Assembly (NCBI GenBank): GCA_038248405.1
Contig: JBBRXM010000020.1
Location: 136 to 64,135, forward strand
Reading direction: 5' to 3'
Length of the DNA stretch: 64,000 nt
Origin: Burkholderiales bacterium
GTDB lineage: Bacteria > Pseudomonadota > Gammaproteobacteria > Burkholderiales > Burkholderiaceae_D
Of the stretch, positions 18,213-28,023 are shown one piece after another. Position 1 is the stretch's first letter. Each line of letters begins with the position of its first letter. A program made the translations under genes and the position numbers. Below the pieces are notes generated by a model. The model was not told where the DNA came from and made no database searches. It worked only from the letters and a program-made list of their open reading frames with translations.

Positions 18213-18952
18213 GGCAGCTTGGCGGCGACGCCGATGAAGCCGGGAATCGCCACCCTCCTCTCCAGCAACCGCATCGAGAACGCCACCACCATGTTGATGG
18301 CGAGGTAGATGACGGTTGCCGCGGAGAACGCCTCGAACACCTGGAACGAGAATTCCTGGATGGCCCGTGCGCTCGCGGTCAGCTCGACCAGGCCAATGGT
18401 CAGCGCCACCGAACTGTTCTTGATGATGTTGAGAAATTCACTGGTCAGCGGCGGCAGGATCAGGCGCAGCGCGATCGGCAGCCGGACGTAGCGGTAGGTT
18501 TGCGCCCCGCTCAGGCCAAGGGCGGTCGCGGCCAGCGTCAGGCCGGCCGGCAACGCCTCGATGCCGGCGCTCACCTGCACCGCCACCCGCGCCGACGTGA
18601 AGAAGGCGAGCGACAGCACCGCCGTGACGAACGCCGAGTCGGGCATCGCCTTGAGCCACGCGCCCGCACCGGCCGGCAGCACCTCCGGCATGACGAAGTA
18701 CCAGAGGAACATCTGCACCAGCAGCGGGATATTGCGAAACAGCTCGACATAGCCATTGCCGAGGGCGACGGTGACCCGATTGCGCAGGGTCCTGGCGATG
18801 CCGACCACCAGGCCCAGTACCAGCGCGATCAGCCAGGCCGACAGCGCCGTCGCCAGCGTCCAGCCGGTGCCAGCCACGAGCGTGTCGAAATAGGTGTGCA
18901 CCCCGTCGGGCGACATCTCCCGAAAGATGTGCCAGTTCCAGTGATAGTTCAC
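18209..18952 (-). CDS. gltJ: Glutamate/aspartate-type ABC permease GltJ
   Basis: MNYHWNW start, ELFRNIPLLVQMFLWYF and PPLTSEFLNIIKNSSVA. Confidence 0.85.
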   Translation of the reverse strand: MNYHWNWHIFREMSPDGVHTYFDTLVAGTGWTLATALSAWLIALVLGLVVGIARTLRNRVTVALGNGYVELFRNIPLLVQMFLWYFVMPEVLPAGAGAWLKAMPDSAFVTAVLSLAFFTSARVAVQVSAGIEALPAGLTLAATALGLSGAQTYRYVRLPIALRLILPPLTSEFLNIIKNSSVALTIGLVELTASARAIQEFSFQVFEAFSAATVIYLAINMVVAFSMRLLERRVAIPGFIGVAAKLP

Positions 18953-19866
18953 TTCGCCAGCGCGCCATACGCTGCCGGATCGCCCGAATCAGTCGGGCGC
19001 GCAAACACCGCCTTCAGCTGCGCCGGCATCGGGAAATTGAGGTTGATTCCCCGCGGCGGAATCGGCGACATGAACCACTTGTTGTAGATGCCGTTGATCG
19101 CCCCGGATGTGTACACGCGGGCGATGGCCGCATCGACCGACTTCTTGAAGGCGGGGTCGCCCTTGCGCAGCATGATGCCGTAGGGCTCGACCGACAGCGG
19201 CGCCTTGCTGATCTCGTACAGCGACGGATCCTTCGACGTTGCCACCTGCGCCGCCAGCAGGATGTCGTCGTTCGCCTCGGCGGCAGCGCGGCCGGTGTCC
19301 ATCATCAGGAACGATTCAGGATGGTCCTTGGCCACGACGATCTTCATGCCCAGCTTCTGCTCCTGGTTGAGCATCGTCATCTGCTTGAGCGTGGACGTGC
19401 CGGCCGTGGCGACCAGCGTCTTGCCCTTCATGTCGGCCAGCGTCTTGATGCCCGACGATTTTTTGGACAGCAAGCGGCTGCCGATGACGAACATGGTCGG
19501 CGCAAAGGCGACGTGCTGCTGGCGTTCTAGATTGTTGGTGGTCGATCCGCACTCGAGGTCGATGGTGCCGTTTGCCATCAGCGGAATGCGGTTGGCCGAG
19601 GTGACAGGATTCATCGCCACCTTGAGGCCTGGCATGCCGAGCTCGCGGCGCAGCGCGGCGACAACCTGCATGCACAGGTCGACCGAATAGCCGATGTATT
19701 GCTGCTTGTCGTCGAGGTAGGAAAACGGGACGGAGCCGTCGCGCACGCCGAGGGTGACGACGCCCGTCTTTTTGATCTTGGCGAGCGTGCCGCCGGGCTC
19801 TTGCGCCTGGGCGAGGCCGGCGCACAGCAAGATGGTCAGTGCGGCGATTGCCGAAGCCAGGGTCAT
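18949..19866 (-). CDS. gltI: Glutamate/aspartate-type ABC substrate-binding protein GltI
   Basis: Signal peptide, TLAKIKKTG, VTSANRIPLMANGTIDLECGSTTNNLERQ. SD GGAGG precedes the ATG at 19866. Confidence 0.88.
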   Translation of the reverse strand: MTLASAIAALTILLCAGLAQAQEPGGTLAKIKKTGVVTLGVRDGSVPFSYLDDKQQYIGYSVDLCMQVVAALRRELGMPGLKVAMNPVTSANRIPLMANGTIDLECGSTTNNLERQQHVAFAPTMFVIGSRLLSKKSSGIKTLADMKGKTLVATAGTSTLKQMTMLNQEQKLGMKIVVAKDHPESFLMMDTGRAAAEANDDILLAAQVATSKDPSLYEISKAPLSVEPYGIMLRKGDPAFKKSVDAAIARVYTSGAINGIYNKWFMSPIPPRGINLNFPMPAQLKAVFARPTDSGDPAAYGALAK

Positions 19867-19962
19867 CGGAGCCTCCAAACGAACGCGCAGCGGCGCATTC
19901 AGTTTGGATGGGATTTGCTCAGCTTAGTTTCACCGCAATGTGCGGCGCAACCAGTGAATCGC

Positions 19963-20739
19963 TTATTTTTCGACGAAGGCGCGTTCGATCACGTAGTCGC
20001 CAGGCACGCCGATGTGCGGCGAGGCCTTGAAGCCGCGCGCGTCGAGCAGCACGCAGATGTCTTTAAGCATGGCCGGGCCGCCGCAGATCATGACACGGTC
20101 GGTGGCCGGGTCGAGCGGTGGCAGGCCGATGTCTTCGAACAGCTTGCCGCTTTCGATCAGGTCGGTCAGGCGGCCGCGGTTGACGAACGGCTCGCGCGTC
20201 ACGGTCGGGTAATAGATCAGCTTTTCGCGCACGTCTTCGCCAAAGAACTCGTTGCTTGGCAGCTCGTCGGTGATGACGTCCTTGTAGGCCAGCTCGCTGA
20301 CCTGGCGCACGCCGTGCAGCAGGATGACTTTCTCGAAGCGTTCGTAGGTCTGCGGATCCTTGATGATGGACAGGAAGGGCGCGAGGCCGGTGCCGGTGCC
20401 GAGCAGGTACAGGTGCTTGCCGGGCAGCAGGTCGTGCGTGATCAGCGTGCCGGTGGGCTTGCGGCCGACCAGCACTTCGTCGCCGACCTTCAGGTGCTGC
20501 AGGCGCGAGGTCAGCGGTCCGTTCGCCACCTTGATGCTGAAAAACTCCAGGTGCTCGTCGTAATTGGCGCTGGCGATGCTGTAGGCGCGCATCAGCGGCT
20601 TGCCGTCCACCTGCAGGCCGATCATGACGAAATGGCCGTTTTCGAAACGCAGGCTGGCGTCACGCGTGGTGGTAAACGAGAACAGGCTTTCGTTCCAGTG
20701 ATGAACGCTGAGAACGCGCTCAGTTGCAAAATTTGCCAT
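19963..20739 (-). CDS. fpr: Ferredoxin-NADP+ reductase
   Basis: RAYSIAS (FAD), GPLTSRL, GTGTGLAPF, MICGGP and terminal VERAFVEK-type motif (VIERAFVEK). Confidence 0.95.
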   Translation of the reverse strand: MANFATERVLSVHHWNESLFSFTTTRDASLRFENGHFVMIGLQVDGKPLMRAYSIASANYDEHLEFFSIKVANGPLTSRLQHLKVGDEVLVGRKPTGTLITHDLLPGKHLYLLGTGTGLAPFLSIIKDPQTYERFEKVILLHGVRQVSELAYKDVITDELPSNEFFGEDVREKLIYYPTVTREPFVNRGRLTDLIESGKLFEDIGLPPLDPATDRVMICGGPAMLKDICVLLDARGFKASPHIGVPGDYVIERAFVEK

Positions 20740-20854
20740 AGATATGCCTTAAAAAATCATCCGATACCCGAATGTTACCTTGTTCGGACAAAGTGCACTT
20801 TCCGCAGGCCTATTCTGAGGCAAAAATGTCATGCGGCCGGGTGCCGGAAATGCA

Positions 20855-22114
20855 TCAGGCAATGTAGATGGCGCGGAAGTCGTTGACGTTGGTGAGCGTC
20901 GGCCCGCTGACCACCGAGTCCCCCAGAGCCTGGAAAAAGCCGTGGCCGTCGTTGTTGGCCAGGCTCGCGCGCGGCTTGATGCCCAGCTGCCAGGCGCGCG
21001 CCAGCGAATCGGGCGCCAGGTAGGCGCCGGCGATTTCTTCCTGGCCGTCGACGCCGTCGGTGTCGCAGGCCAGCGCGTGGACGCCGGCCTGGCCATTGAG
21101 CGTGACGCCCAGCGACAGCAGGAATTCGACGTTGCGCCCGCCGCGTCCATTGCCGCGCACCGTGACGGTGGTTTCGCCGCCCGACAGCAGGATGCAGGGC
21201 GCCGCGAACGGCTGGCCGTGGCTGGCGACCTGGCGGGCGATGCCGGCCATGACGATGCCGACGTCGCGCGCTTCGCCTTCGATACTGTCACCGAGGATGT
21301 GCACCGGCACCCCCGCCGCGCGCCCGACGGCCGCGGCCGCCTCCAGCGCCATCTGCGGGGTGGCGATCATGCGCGTTTCGCTGCCTGCCAGCCGGGCGTC
21401 GCCAGGCTTGACGCTTTCGCCGTCGCCGCTCTCGAGCAGCGCGCGCACTTTGCCGGGCATCGCGATGCCGTAGCGCTGCAGGATCGCCAGCGCATCGGCG
21501 CAGGTGGTGCGGTCGGCCGTGGTGGGGCCGCTGGCAATGTCGGCCGGGTCGTCGCCGGGGACGTCCGAAATGAGCAGGGTCACCACTTTCGCCGGATGGC
21601 AGGCGGCGGCCAGCCGCCCGCCCTTGATGCTCGAGAGGTGGCGCCGCACGCAGTTCATCTCGCCGATGGTGGCGCCGCTTTTGAGCAGGGCCTTGTTGAT
21701 GTCCTGCTTGTCGGCCAGGGTCAGGTCGTCGCCCGGCAGCACCAGCAGCGACGAGCCGCCGCCGGAGATGAGGCAGATCACCAGGTCGTCGGCCGTCAGG
21801 CCCGATACCAGGCCGAGGATGCGGCGTGCGGCCGCCATCCCCGCTTCGTCCGGCACCGGATGGGCCGCTTCGACGATCTCAATGCGCTCGCACGGCACCG
21901 CGTAGCCGTAGCGCGTGACCACCAGGCCGGACAGTTCCCCCGGCCAGTTCTGCTCGACCACGCGGGCCATTTCGGCCGACGCCTTGCCGGCGCCGATCAC
22001 CAGCGTGCGCCCGCGCGGGGGCGCCGGCAAGTGCGGCGGCAGGCAGTGCGACGATTGCGCCGCTTCGACAGCGGCGTCGAACATCTGCCGCAACAGCACC
22101 CGTGGATCGATCAT
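20855..22114 (-). CDS. ttuD: Glycerate 2-kinase, TtuD/MOFRL family
   Basis: IGAGKAS, EAAHPVPD, LISGGGSSL, DIASGPT, SGGETTV, GGRN and TLTNVNDFRA. Confidence 0.88.
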   Translation of the reverse strand: MIDPRVLLRQMFDAAVEAAQSSHCLPPHLPAPPRGRTLVIGAGKASAEMARVVEQNWPGELSGLVVTRYGYAVPCERIEIVEAAHPVPDEAGMAAARRILGLVSGLTADDLVICLISGGGSSLLVLPGDDLTLADKQDINKALLKSGATIGEMNCVRRHLSSIKGGRLAAACHPAKVVTLLISDVPGDDPADIASGPTTADRTTCADALAILQRYGIAMPGKVRALLESGDGESVKPGDARLAGSETRMIATPQMALEAAAAVGRAAGVPVHILGDSIEGEARDVGIVMAGIARQVASHGQPFAAPCILLSGGETTVTVRGNGRGGRNVEFLLSLGVTLNGQAGVHALACDTDGVDGQEEIAGAYLAPDSLARAWQLGIKPRASLANNDGHGFFQALGDSVVSGPTLTNVNDFRAIYIA

Positions 22115-22130
22115 GCGCAGCTCCGGTAGT

Positions 22131-23027
22131 TTATTGGGGAGGCGGCGCGCCGATCTCGTAGTTGGCCATGAGTTCAAGCGCGCGCACCAAAGCCGAATGA
22201 TCCCACGCTTTGCCGCCGTGCGCAGCACAGCTGTTGAACAATTCCTGCGCCGTCGCCGTGTTCGGCAGCGACAGGCCCATCTGGCGGGCACTGGTCAGCG
22301 CAAGATTGAGGTCTTTCTGGTGCAGTTCGATGCGGAATCCCGGATCGAAGCTGCGCTTGATCATGCGCTCGCCGTGCACCTCGAGGATGCGCGATGCCGC
22401 GAACCCGCCCATCAGGGCTTGCCGCACCTTGGCCGGGTCGGCGCCCATGCGCGAGGCGAACAGCAGCGCCTCGCCGACCGCTTCGATGTTGAGGGCGACG
22501 ATGATCTGGTTGGCCACCTTGGTGGTCTGGCCGTCGCCATTGCCGCCGACAAGGGTAATGTTCTTGCCCATCAGTTCGAACAGCGGCTTGACAGTGGCAA
22601 ACGTCGCTTCCGGCCCGCCCACCATGATGGTCAGGCTCGCCGCCCGCGCGCCCACTTCGCCGCCCGACACGGGCGCATCGAGGTAGCTGCAGCCGAGCGC
22701 CTCGATGCGCGCGGCGAACTGCTTGGTTTCGATCGGCGAGATCGAGCTCATGTCGACCACGATCTTGCCGGCAGTCAGACCCTGCGCGACGCCGCCGTCG
22801 TCGAACAGCACCGACGCCACGTGCGGCGTGTCCGGCACCATGATGATGATGATGTCGGCCTGCTGCGCCACTTCCCTGCCCGAGGCGCAGCCCGTTGCGC
22901 CTTGCGCCGCCAGGTCCGCCGGCAAGGGCTTGTGGTCGTGCGCGAACAGCTGGTGCCCGCCCTGAATGATGTGGGCGGCCATCGGCGCACCCATGATGCC
23001 AAGACCAATGAATCCGACCTTGCTCAT
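22131..23027 (-). CDS. glxR: 2-hydroxy-3-oxopropionate (tartronate semialdehyde) reductase
   Basis: GFIGLGIMG, DAPVSGGE, GQTTKVANQ, ILEVHGERMIKRSFDPGFRIELHQKDL and WDHSAL. Confidence 0.9.
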   Translation of the reverse strand: MSKVGFIGLGIMGAPMAAHIIQGGHQLFAHDHKPLPADLAAQGATGCASGREVAQQADIIIIMVPDTPHVASVLFDDGGVAQGLTAGKIVVDMSSISPIETKQFAARIEALGCSYLDAPVSGGEVGARAASLTIMVGGPEATFATVKPLFELMGKNITLVGGNGDGQTTKVANQIIVALNIEAVGEALLFASRMGADPAKVRQALMGGFAASRILEVHGERMIKRSFDPGFRIELHQKDLNLALTSARQMGLSLPNTATAQELFNSCAAHGGKAWDHSALVRALELMANYEIGAPPPQ

Positions 23028-23106
23028 ATGTTGCTCTCCCCTGCGAGCGGCAATCGCCAGCACGACTCGCCAAGTGGGGCCGGCGGCCCCACCCGGACCC
23101 GACGCG

Positions 23107-24192
23107 TCAGAACGTGTGGCGCACGCCCAGGTTGAAGGCGCGGTCGCCCGTGCCCGCCTCGGTATTGTTGGCCACCGTGTAACCGGCGCCGTTCTTGTTG
23201 TTGATGGAACCGTAGGCCGTGTACAGGCTGGTGCGTTTCGACAGCGGGTACTGGTAGCCCACGCCCCAGCCGCGCGCGTCCTGGTTGAACGCGGTCTTGT
23301 CGTTCTTGCGCATGTAGCTCGCCAGCACGGTGCCGCCGCCCAGCGGCGCGGTCAGGCCCAGCAGGTATTCGTTGCTGTCGAGGGATGCGGTCGGCGGCAC
23401 GACGTAACCGAAGGGGTTGGTCGTGTTACCGAGCGGCGCGCTGTTGAAGCCCTTGTCCTTGCTGTAAGCGAAGTAGGCCTTGACCACGCGGAAGTCGTAG
23501 TTGGCCACGATCAGCCTGTTGGTGCCGATGCTGCGGCTGATCGGCGTGACCCCGGGCGCGGCGGCCACGTCGGAATTCTTGTTGTTGTAGGCGATACGCA
23601 CGTTCAGGGGGCCGTTGGCATAGCCGACCGAAAAGCCCACCTGCCGCCCCGCCTTGGCGCTGCCGGGCTGTTCTCCAGCGCTGTAGGCGAGGTCGCCCGT
23701 GATGCCCATCGTCTCGGGCATCGAATACAGCAGCGTGTTGCTGGTGCGGATGTTACTGCCGAAATCGGGGAACAGGTTTTTCGCGCCGCCCGCGTAGCCG
23801 GTGCCCCACGGGTCGCCGACCTGCGTCAGCGCCTGGTGCCACGGGGTGTACTGGCGGCCGATGGTCAGGGTGCCGATGCTGCTCTTGAGGCCGACGAAGG
23901 CCTGCCGGTTGAACAGCGTGTTCGAGGCGTCCAGCTCGCCCGTATCGATCTTGACGCCCGACTCCAGCGTAAAGATGGCAGACAGGCCGCCGCCCAGGTC
24001 CTCGGTGCCGCGAAAACCCAGCCGCGACGCCGAACCGACGCCGCTGGTGAGCTTGTGGGTGGTGCCGGCGGCGCCACCGCTTTCGCGCACGTAACCGGCA
24101 TCGACGATGCCGTAAATGGTGACGCCGCTCTGCGCGGAGGCGACGCCAGCGCTGGCGGCCAGAATCGCCGCTGTCAGGATGCTCTTGTTCAT
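23107..24192 (-). CDS. Trimeric outer-membrane porin (betaproteobacterial general porin)
   Basis: Signal peptide, SGVTIYGIVDAG, SRLGFRGTEDLGGGL, FNRQAFVGL and C-terminal GVRHTF. Confidence 0.93.
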   Translation of the reverse strand: MNKSILTAAILAASAGVASAQSGVTIYGIVDAGYVRESGGAAGTTHKLTSGVGSASRLGFRGTEDLGGGLSAIFTLESGVKIDTGELDASNTLFNRQAFVGLKSSIGTLTIGRQYTPWHQALTQVGDPWGTGYAGGAKNLFPDFGSNIRTSNTLLYSMPETMGITGDLAYSAGEQPGSAKAGRQVGFSVGYANGPLNVRIAYNNKNSDVAAAPGVTPISRSIGTNRLIVANYDFRVVKAYFAYSKDKGFNSAPLGNTTNPFGYVVPPTASLDSNEYLLGLTAPLGGGTVLASYMRKNDKTAFNQDARGWGVGYQYPLSKRTSLYTAYGSINNKNGAGYTVANNTEAGTGDRAFNLGVRHTF

Positions 24193-24422
24193 GTCTGAAT
24201 CCTTTTCTTCGGAGGGAAGCACCGCATTGGTGAAATGAAGCTGCGTAGCGACCCGCCGCGGTCTGATCCCAAGGGACGCCGCAGGTAGCTCTCCGTTCGA
24301 CGGATATTCATCCAGGTGGTTCGAGCTGAAGGCCGTTAGGCAGGATTCGTCCTGTCCTCGTTTGACCAAAAGCTAGCGCGCGCCCCGCGCTGTGGCGGCC
24401 ACGCCACTCAGCGGCGCATGTT

Positions 24423-25499
24423 TTACAGGGCCGCCGCGATCGCGACGCCGACCTCGGTAGTCGATGCGGCGCCGCCGAGGTCCGGCGTGGCCGGTCCCTG
24501 CACCAGCACCGTTTCGATGGCACGAAGCACGGCGTCGTGCGCGGCGCGGTAATTGGCGTCGCCGTTGCCGAGGAAGTCGAGCAGCATCGCGCCGGACCAG
24601 ATCATGCCGATCGGATTGGCGATGTTCTTGCCGAAGATGTCAGGCGCCGAGCCGTGCACCGGCTCGAACAGCGACGGGAAGGTGCGTTCCGGATTGAGGT
24701 TGGCCGACGGCGCGATGCCGATGGTGCCGGTGCATGCCGGCCCGAGGTCGGAGAGGATGTCGCCAAACAGGTTCGATGCGACCACCACGTCGAAACGCTC
24801 CGGCGAGAGAACGAAGCGCGCGCAGAGGATATCGATGTGGTATTTGTCCCAGCGCACGTCGGGATAGGAAGGCGCCATCGTTTCGACGCGCGAGTCCCAG
24901 TACGGCATGCTGATCGAAATGCCGTTCGACTTGGTGGCCGACGTGAGGTGCTTTTTCGGGCGGCTTTGGGCCAGGTCGAAGGCATATTTGAGGATGCGGT
25001 CGGTGCCCTTGCGGGAAAAAATCGCCGTCTGGGTGACGAATTCGCGGTCGGTGTCGTCGAACATCTTGCCGCCGACGGAGGAATATTCGCCTTCGGTGTT
25101 TTCGCGCACGACGTAAAAATCGATGTCGCCGGGCTTGCGATTGGCCAGCGGACATGGCACCCCCGGCATCAGGCGCACCGGCCGCAGGTTCACGTACTGG
25201 TCGAAGTCGCGGCGGAATTTGAGCAGCGAGCCCCACAGCGAAATGTGGTCGGGAACGACGGCCGGCATGCCGGCGGCGCCGAAATAGATCGCCTCGAAAC
25301 CCTCCAGCTGCTGGCGCCAGTCGTCGGGCATCATCTGGCCGTACCTGACGTAATAGTCGCAGTTGGCCCATTCCATGGTGGTGAATTCGAGGGCGATGTT
25401 GAATTTCTGCGCGGCCGCGCGCAGCACGCGCAGGCCTTCGGGCATGACTTCGTTGCCGATGCCGTCGCCGGCGATCACTGCGATTTTATGGGTTTTCAT
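24423..25499 (-). CDS. ttuC: Tartrate dehydrogenase/decarboxylase (D-malate dehydrogenase family)
   Basis: IAGDGIGNEV, RENTEGEYS, KSNGISISMPYWD, NLFGDILSDL and FEPVHGSAPDI. This is the TDH branch of the beta-decarboxylating dehydrogenases. Confidence 0.9.
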   Translation of the reverse strand: MKTHKIAVIAGDGIGNEVMPEGLRVLRAAAQKFNIALEFTTMEWANCDYYVRYGQMMPDDWRQQLEGFEAIYFGAAGMPAVVPDHISLWGSLLKFRRDFDQYVNLRPVRLMPGVPCPLANRKPGDIDFYVVRENTEGEYSSVGGKMFDDTDREFVTQTAIFSRKGTDRILKYAFDLAQSRPKKHLTSATKSNGISISMPYWDSRVETMAPSYPDVRWDKYHIDILCARFVLSPERFDVVVASNLFGDILSDLGPACTGTIGIAPSANLNPERTFPSLFEPVHGSAPDIFGKNIANPIGMIWSGAMLLDFLGNGDANYRAAHDAVLRAIETVLVQGPATPDLGGAASTTEVGVAIAAAL

Positions 25500-25517
25500 T
25501 TTTCAGGGGCTGGGTCT

Positions 25518-25545
25518 GGGGTCTGACCCCGCGGGGTCAGACCCC
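25518..25545. repeat. REP-like doublet GGGGTCTGACCCC-gc-GGGGTCAGACCCC
   Basis: Two 13-mer palindromic units that are reverse complements of each other, intergenic between polB and ttuC. Confidence 0.8.
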
Positions 25546-25595
25546 GGTGTTGTGCGTTCGGATTCGCCAATCTTACCGGAATCGGCAATTTGCGA

Positions 25596-27959
25596 TTAAA
25601 ACAGCGTCTGCTGCAAACTCGTCAGCGTCGCGAAATCGTCGCCGACGAACGGCAATATGCCGTCGGCCACCGGCTGCAGCTGGCGCGTCAGGTAATGGTC
25701 GTAGTCGATCGGCGAGCGGCGCACCTCCAGCGGCTCGGGTCCGGCCAGCGTCATCACGTAGCGGATCGCGCCGCCGTTCTGGTATTGCAGCGGCCGGCCC
25801 TGCTGGCGGTTGAATTCATCTGCGATGCGCGCCGCGCGCACGTGCGGCGGCACGTTGCGCTCGTAATCGTCGAGCGGGCGGCGCAGCCGCTTGCGGTACA
25901 CCAGCTGGTCGTCGAATTCACCGCCGGCGGTGCGGCGGGCGTAGTCGCGCACATACTCCTGGTAGGGCTCGCCCTTGAAGATGCGCAGGTACAGCGCCTG
26001 CTGGAATTGCTGGGCCAGCGGCGTCCAGTCGCTGCGCACCGTTTCCAGGCCCTTGTAGACCATCTGCTCGCTGCCGTCGGCTGTGCGCGTGAGGCCGGCG
26101 TAGCGCTTCTTGCTGCCTTCGTCCGAGCCGCGGATGGTGGGCATCAGGAAGCGGCGGTAATGGGTCTCGAATTGCAGCTCGAGCGCATTGTCGAGGCCGA
26201 ATTGCTCGCGCAGGTAGTCGTCGAACCATTGATTGACGTGGGCGACAAGGGCGCGGCCAATCGCGCCGGCCGCTTCTTCGCTATGCGCGTGCCTGAGCCA
26301 GACGAAGGTCGAATCGGTGTCGCCGTAGATGACCTGGTAACCCTTGTCCTCGATGAGTTTGCGGGTCAGGTGCATGATCTCGTGGCCGCGCAGGGTAATC
26401 GAGGACGCCAGCCGCGGATCGAAAAAGCGGCAGCCGCTGGAACCGAGGACGCCGTAAAACGCATTCATGATGATCTTCAGCGCCTGCGACAGCGGCTTGT
26501 TCTGCTCGCGCTTGGCGGCGTCGCGCCCGTCCCAAATCTGCTTGACGATGGCCGGCAGGCAGTGCTTGTCGCGCGCGAAGCGGGCACCGCGAAAGCCCTC
26601 CACCGAATCGCTTGCGCCATCGTCGCGGGTGCCGGCCACCAGGCCCACCGGGTCGATCAGGAAGGTGCGGATGATCGACGGGTACAGGCTTTTGTAGTCG
26701 AGCACCAGCACCGAATCGTACAGGCCGGACTGCGAATCCATGACGAAGCCGCCGGGACTGTCGCCGCCGGCGACGTCGCCCAGGTTGGGCGCCACGTAGC
26801 CCTGGCGGTGCATCATCGGCATATACAGATGTTCGAACGCCGCCACCGAGCCGCCGCTGCGGTCGGCCGCCAGCCCGGTCACGCTGGCGCGTTCCAGAAG
26901 AAAGGTCAGCAGTTCGGTCTTGTCGAAAATGCGGGTGACCAGTTCGCAGTCCTTCAGGTTGTAGCGCGCCAGCGCCGGCTTGTCCTCGGCGAAGCGGCGG
27001 TTGATCTCATCCATGCGCTGGTAGGGGTTGTCGATCGACTTGCCCTCGCCCAGCAGCGTTTGCGACACGTGCTCGAGGCTGTAGGACGAAAAGCTCCAGG
27101 TCGCCGACTTGAGCGCTTCGATGCCGTCGATGATCAGGCGCCCCGCGGCGCCGGCAAAGAAGTGGCCTTGCCGGCCGCCGTGTTCGCGCCACTCCATCGC
27201 GCTGCCGTCGCGGCCCAGGCGCAGCGGCACGTTGTAGCGTTCCGCGTGGCGCTGCAGCACGCGCAGGTCAAACTGCACCACGTTCCAGCCGATGATGGCG
27301 TCCGGATCGTGCCGCGCCATCCATTCGTTGAGGCGCTCGAGCAACTGCGCGCGCGTGTCGCAGTATTCCAGGTCGAAGCCCGGTGGCTCGTCGCTGCCGT
27401 TGGGCGGCCCGAGCATGTAGACGACGCGCTGGCCGCAGCCTTCCAGGCCGATGCAATAGAGCTCGCCCTGGGCGGTGGTTTCGATGTCGAGCGAGGCGAG
27501 CTTCAGGCTCGGCCGGTAGCCGGGGGCCGGTTTCAGTTGCGCGTCCAGCAGCGCGCCGCCTTCCTCGCGGCCGCCGAACCGCACGGGCGCCGTGATGAAG
27601 CGTTCCATCAGGTAGCGCTCGGGCGGGCGCACGTCCGCTTCGTAGACGTCGATGCCGTATTCCTTGAGCCGCTTGGCAAGCTTCTGTAGCTGGCGGTACC
27701 GGGTGCAATACATGCCCAGCACCGGGCGGTGGTGGAAGTCGCACAGGGAGAGCGGGCGCAGCTCGAAGCCGCGTTCGCCCTGCAGCACCGCCTCCGCCTG
27801 CTCGCGCTGCTCGGCCGGGATGAAGGCCACCGATGGATGCGGCGCCAGGCGCAGGTGGCGCGGGCCGTCGTCGGTGGCCAGCCAGAAGTCCACTTCCGTG
27901 CCGGCCGCCGTGTCGCGCCAGTGGCGGGTCAGGAGAAAGCCTTGCTGTAGTTGATCCAA
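25596..27959 (-). CDS. polB: DNA polymerase II (family B)
   Basis: [11 protein letters not shown]-terminus, exonuclease motifs SLDIET and IIGWN, and polymerase motifs [20 protein letters not shown] and [10 protein letters not shown] start inferred, about 787 aa. Confidence 0.95.
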   Translation of the reverse strand: MDQLQQGFLLTRHWRDTAAGTEVDFWLATDDGPRHLRLAPHPSVAFIPAEQREQAEAVLQGERGFELRPLSLCDFHHRPVLGMYCTRYRQLQKLAKRLKEYGIDVYEADVRPPERYLMERFITAPVRFGGREEGGALLDAQLKPAPGYRPSLKLASLDIETTAQGELYCIGLEGCGQRVVYMLGPPNGSDEPPGFDLEYCDTRAQLLERLNEWMARHDPDAIIGWNVVQFDLRVLQRHAERYNVPLRLGRDGSAMEWREHGGRQGHFFAGAAGRLIIDGIEALKSATWSFSSYSLEHVSQTLLGEGKSIDNPYQRMDEINRRFAEDKPALARYNLKDCELVTRIFDKTELLTFLLERASVTGLAADRSGGSVAAFEHLYMPMMHRQGYVAPNLGDVAGGDSPGGFVMDSQSGLYDSVLVLDYKSLYPSIIRTFLIDPVGLVAGTRDDGASDSVEGFRGARFARDKHCLPAIVKQIWDGRDAAKREQNKPLSQALKIIMNAFYGVLGSSGCRFFDPRLASSITLRGHEIMHLTRKLIEDKGYQVIYGDTDSTFVWLRHAHSEEAAGAIGRALVAHVNQWFDDYLREQFGLDNALELQFETHYRRFLMPTIRGSDEGSKKRYAGLTRTADGSEQMVYKGLETVRSDWTPLAQQFQQALYLRIFKGEPYQEYVRDYARRTAGGEFDDQLVYRKRLRRPLDDYERNVPPHVRAARIADEFNRQQGRPLQYQNGGAIRYVMTLAGPEPLEVRRSPIDYDHYLTRQLQPVADGILPFVGDDFATLTSLQQTLF

Positions 27960-28023
27960 CGAATTCGCCTTCGGGGTATGACGCACTGCGCGCACTGACT
28001 GCGATTTTACCCGCCTTGCCGCG

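Noticed and set aside
24193-24422. Riboswitch in the ~230-bp gap upstream of the porin
   Set aside because: I could not identify conserved glycine, c-di-GMP, TPP, SAM or cobalamin aptamer motifs. An Rfam/Infernal scan would settle it.
27960-28023. LexA/SOS box upstream of polB
   Set aside because: There is no CTG-N10-CAG in the short upstream gap; only a -10-like TAAAAT is seen.
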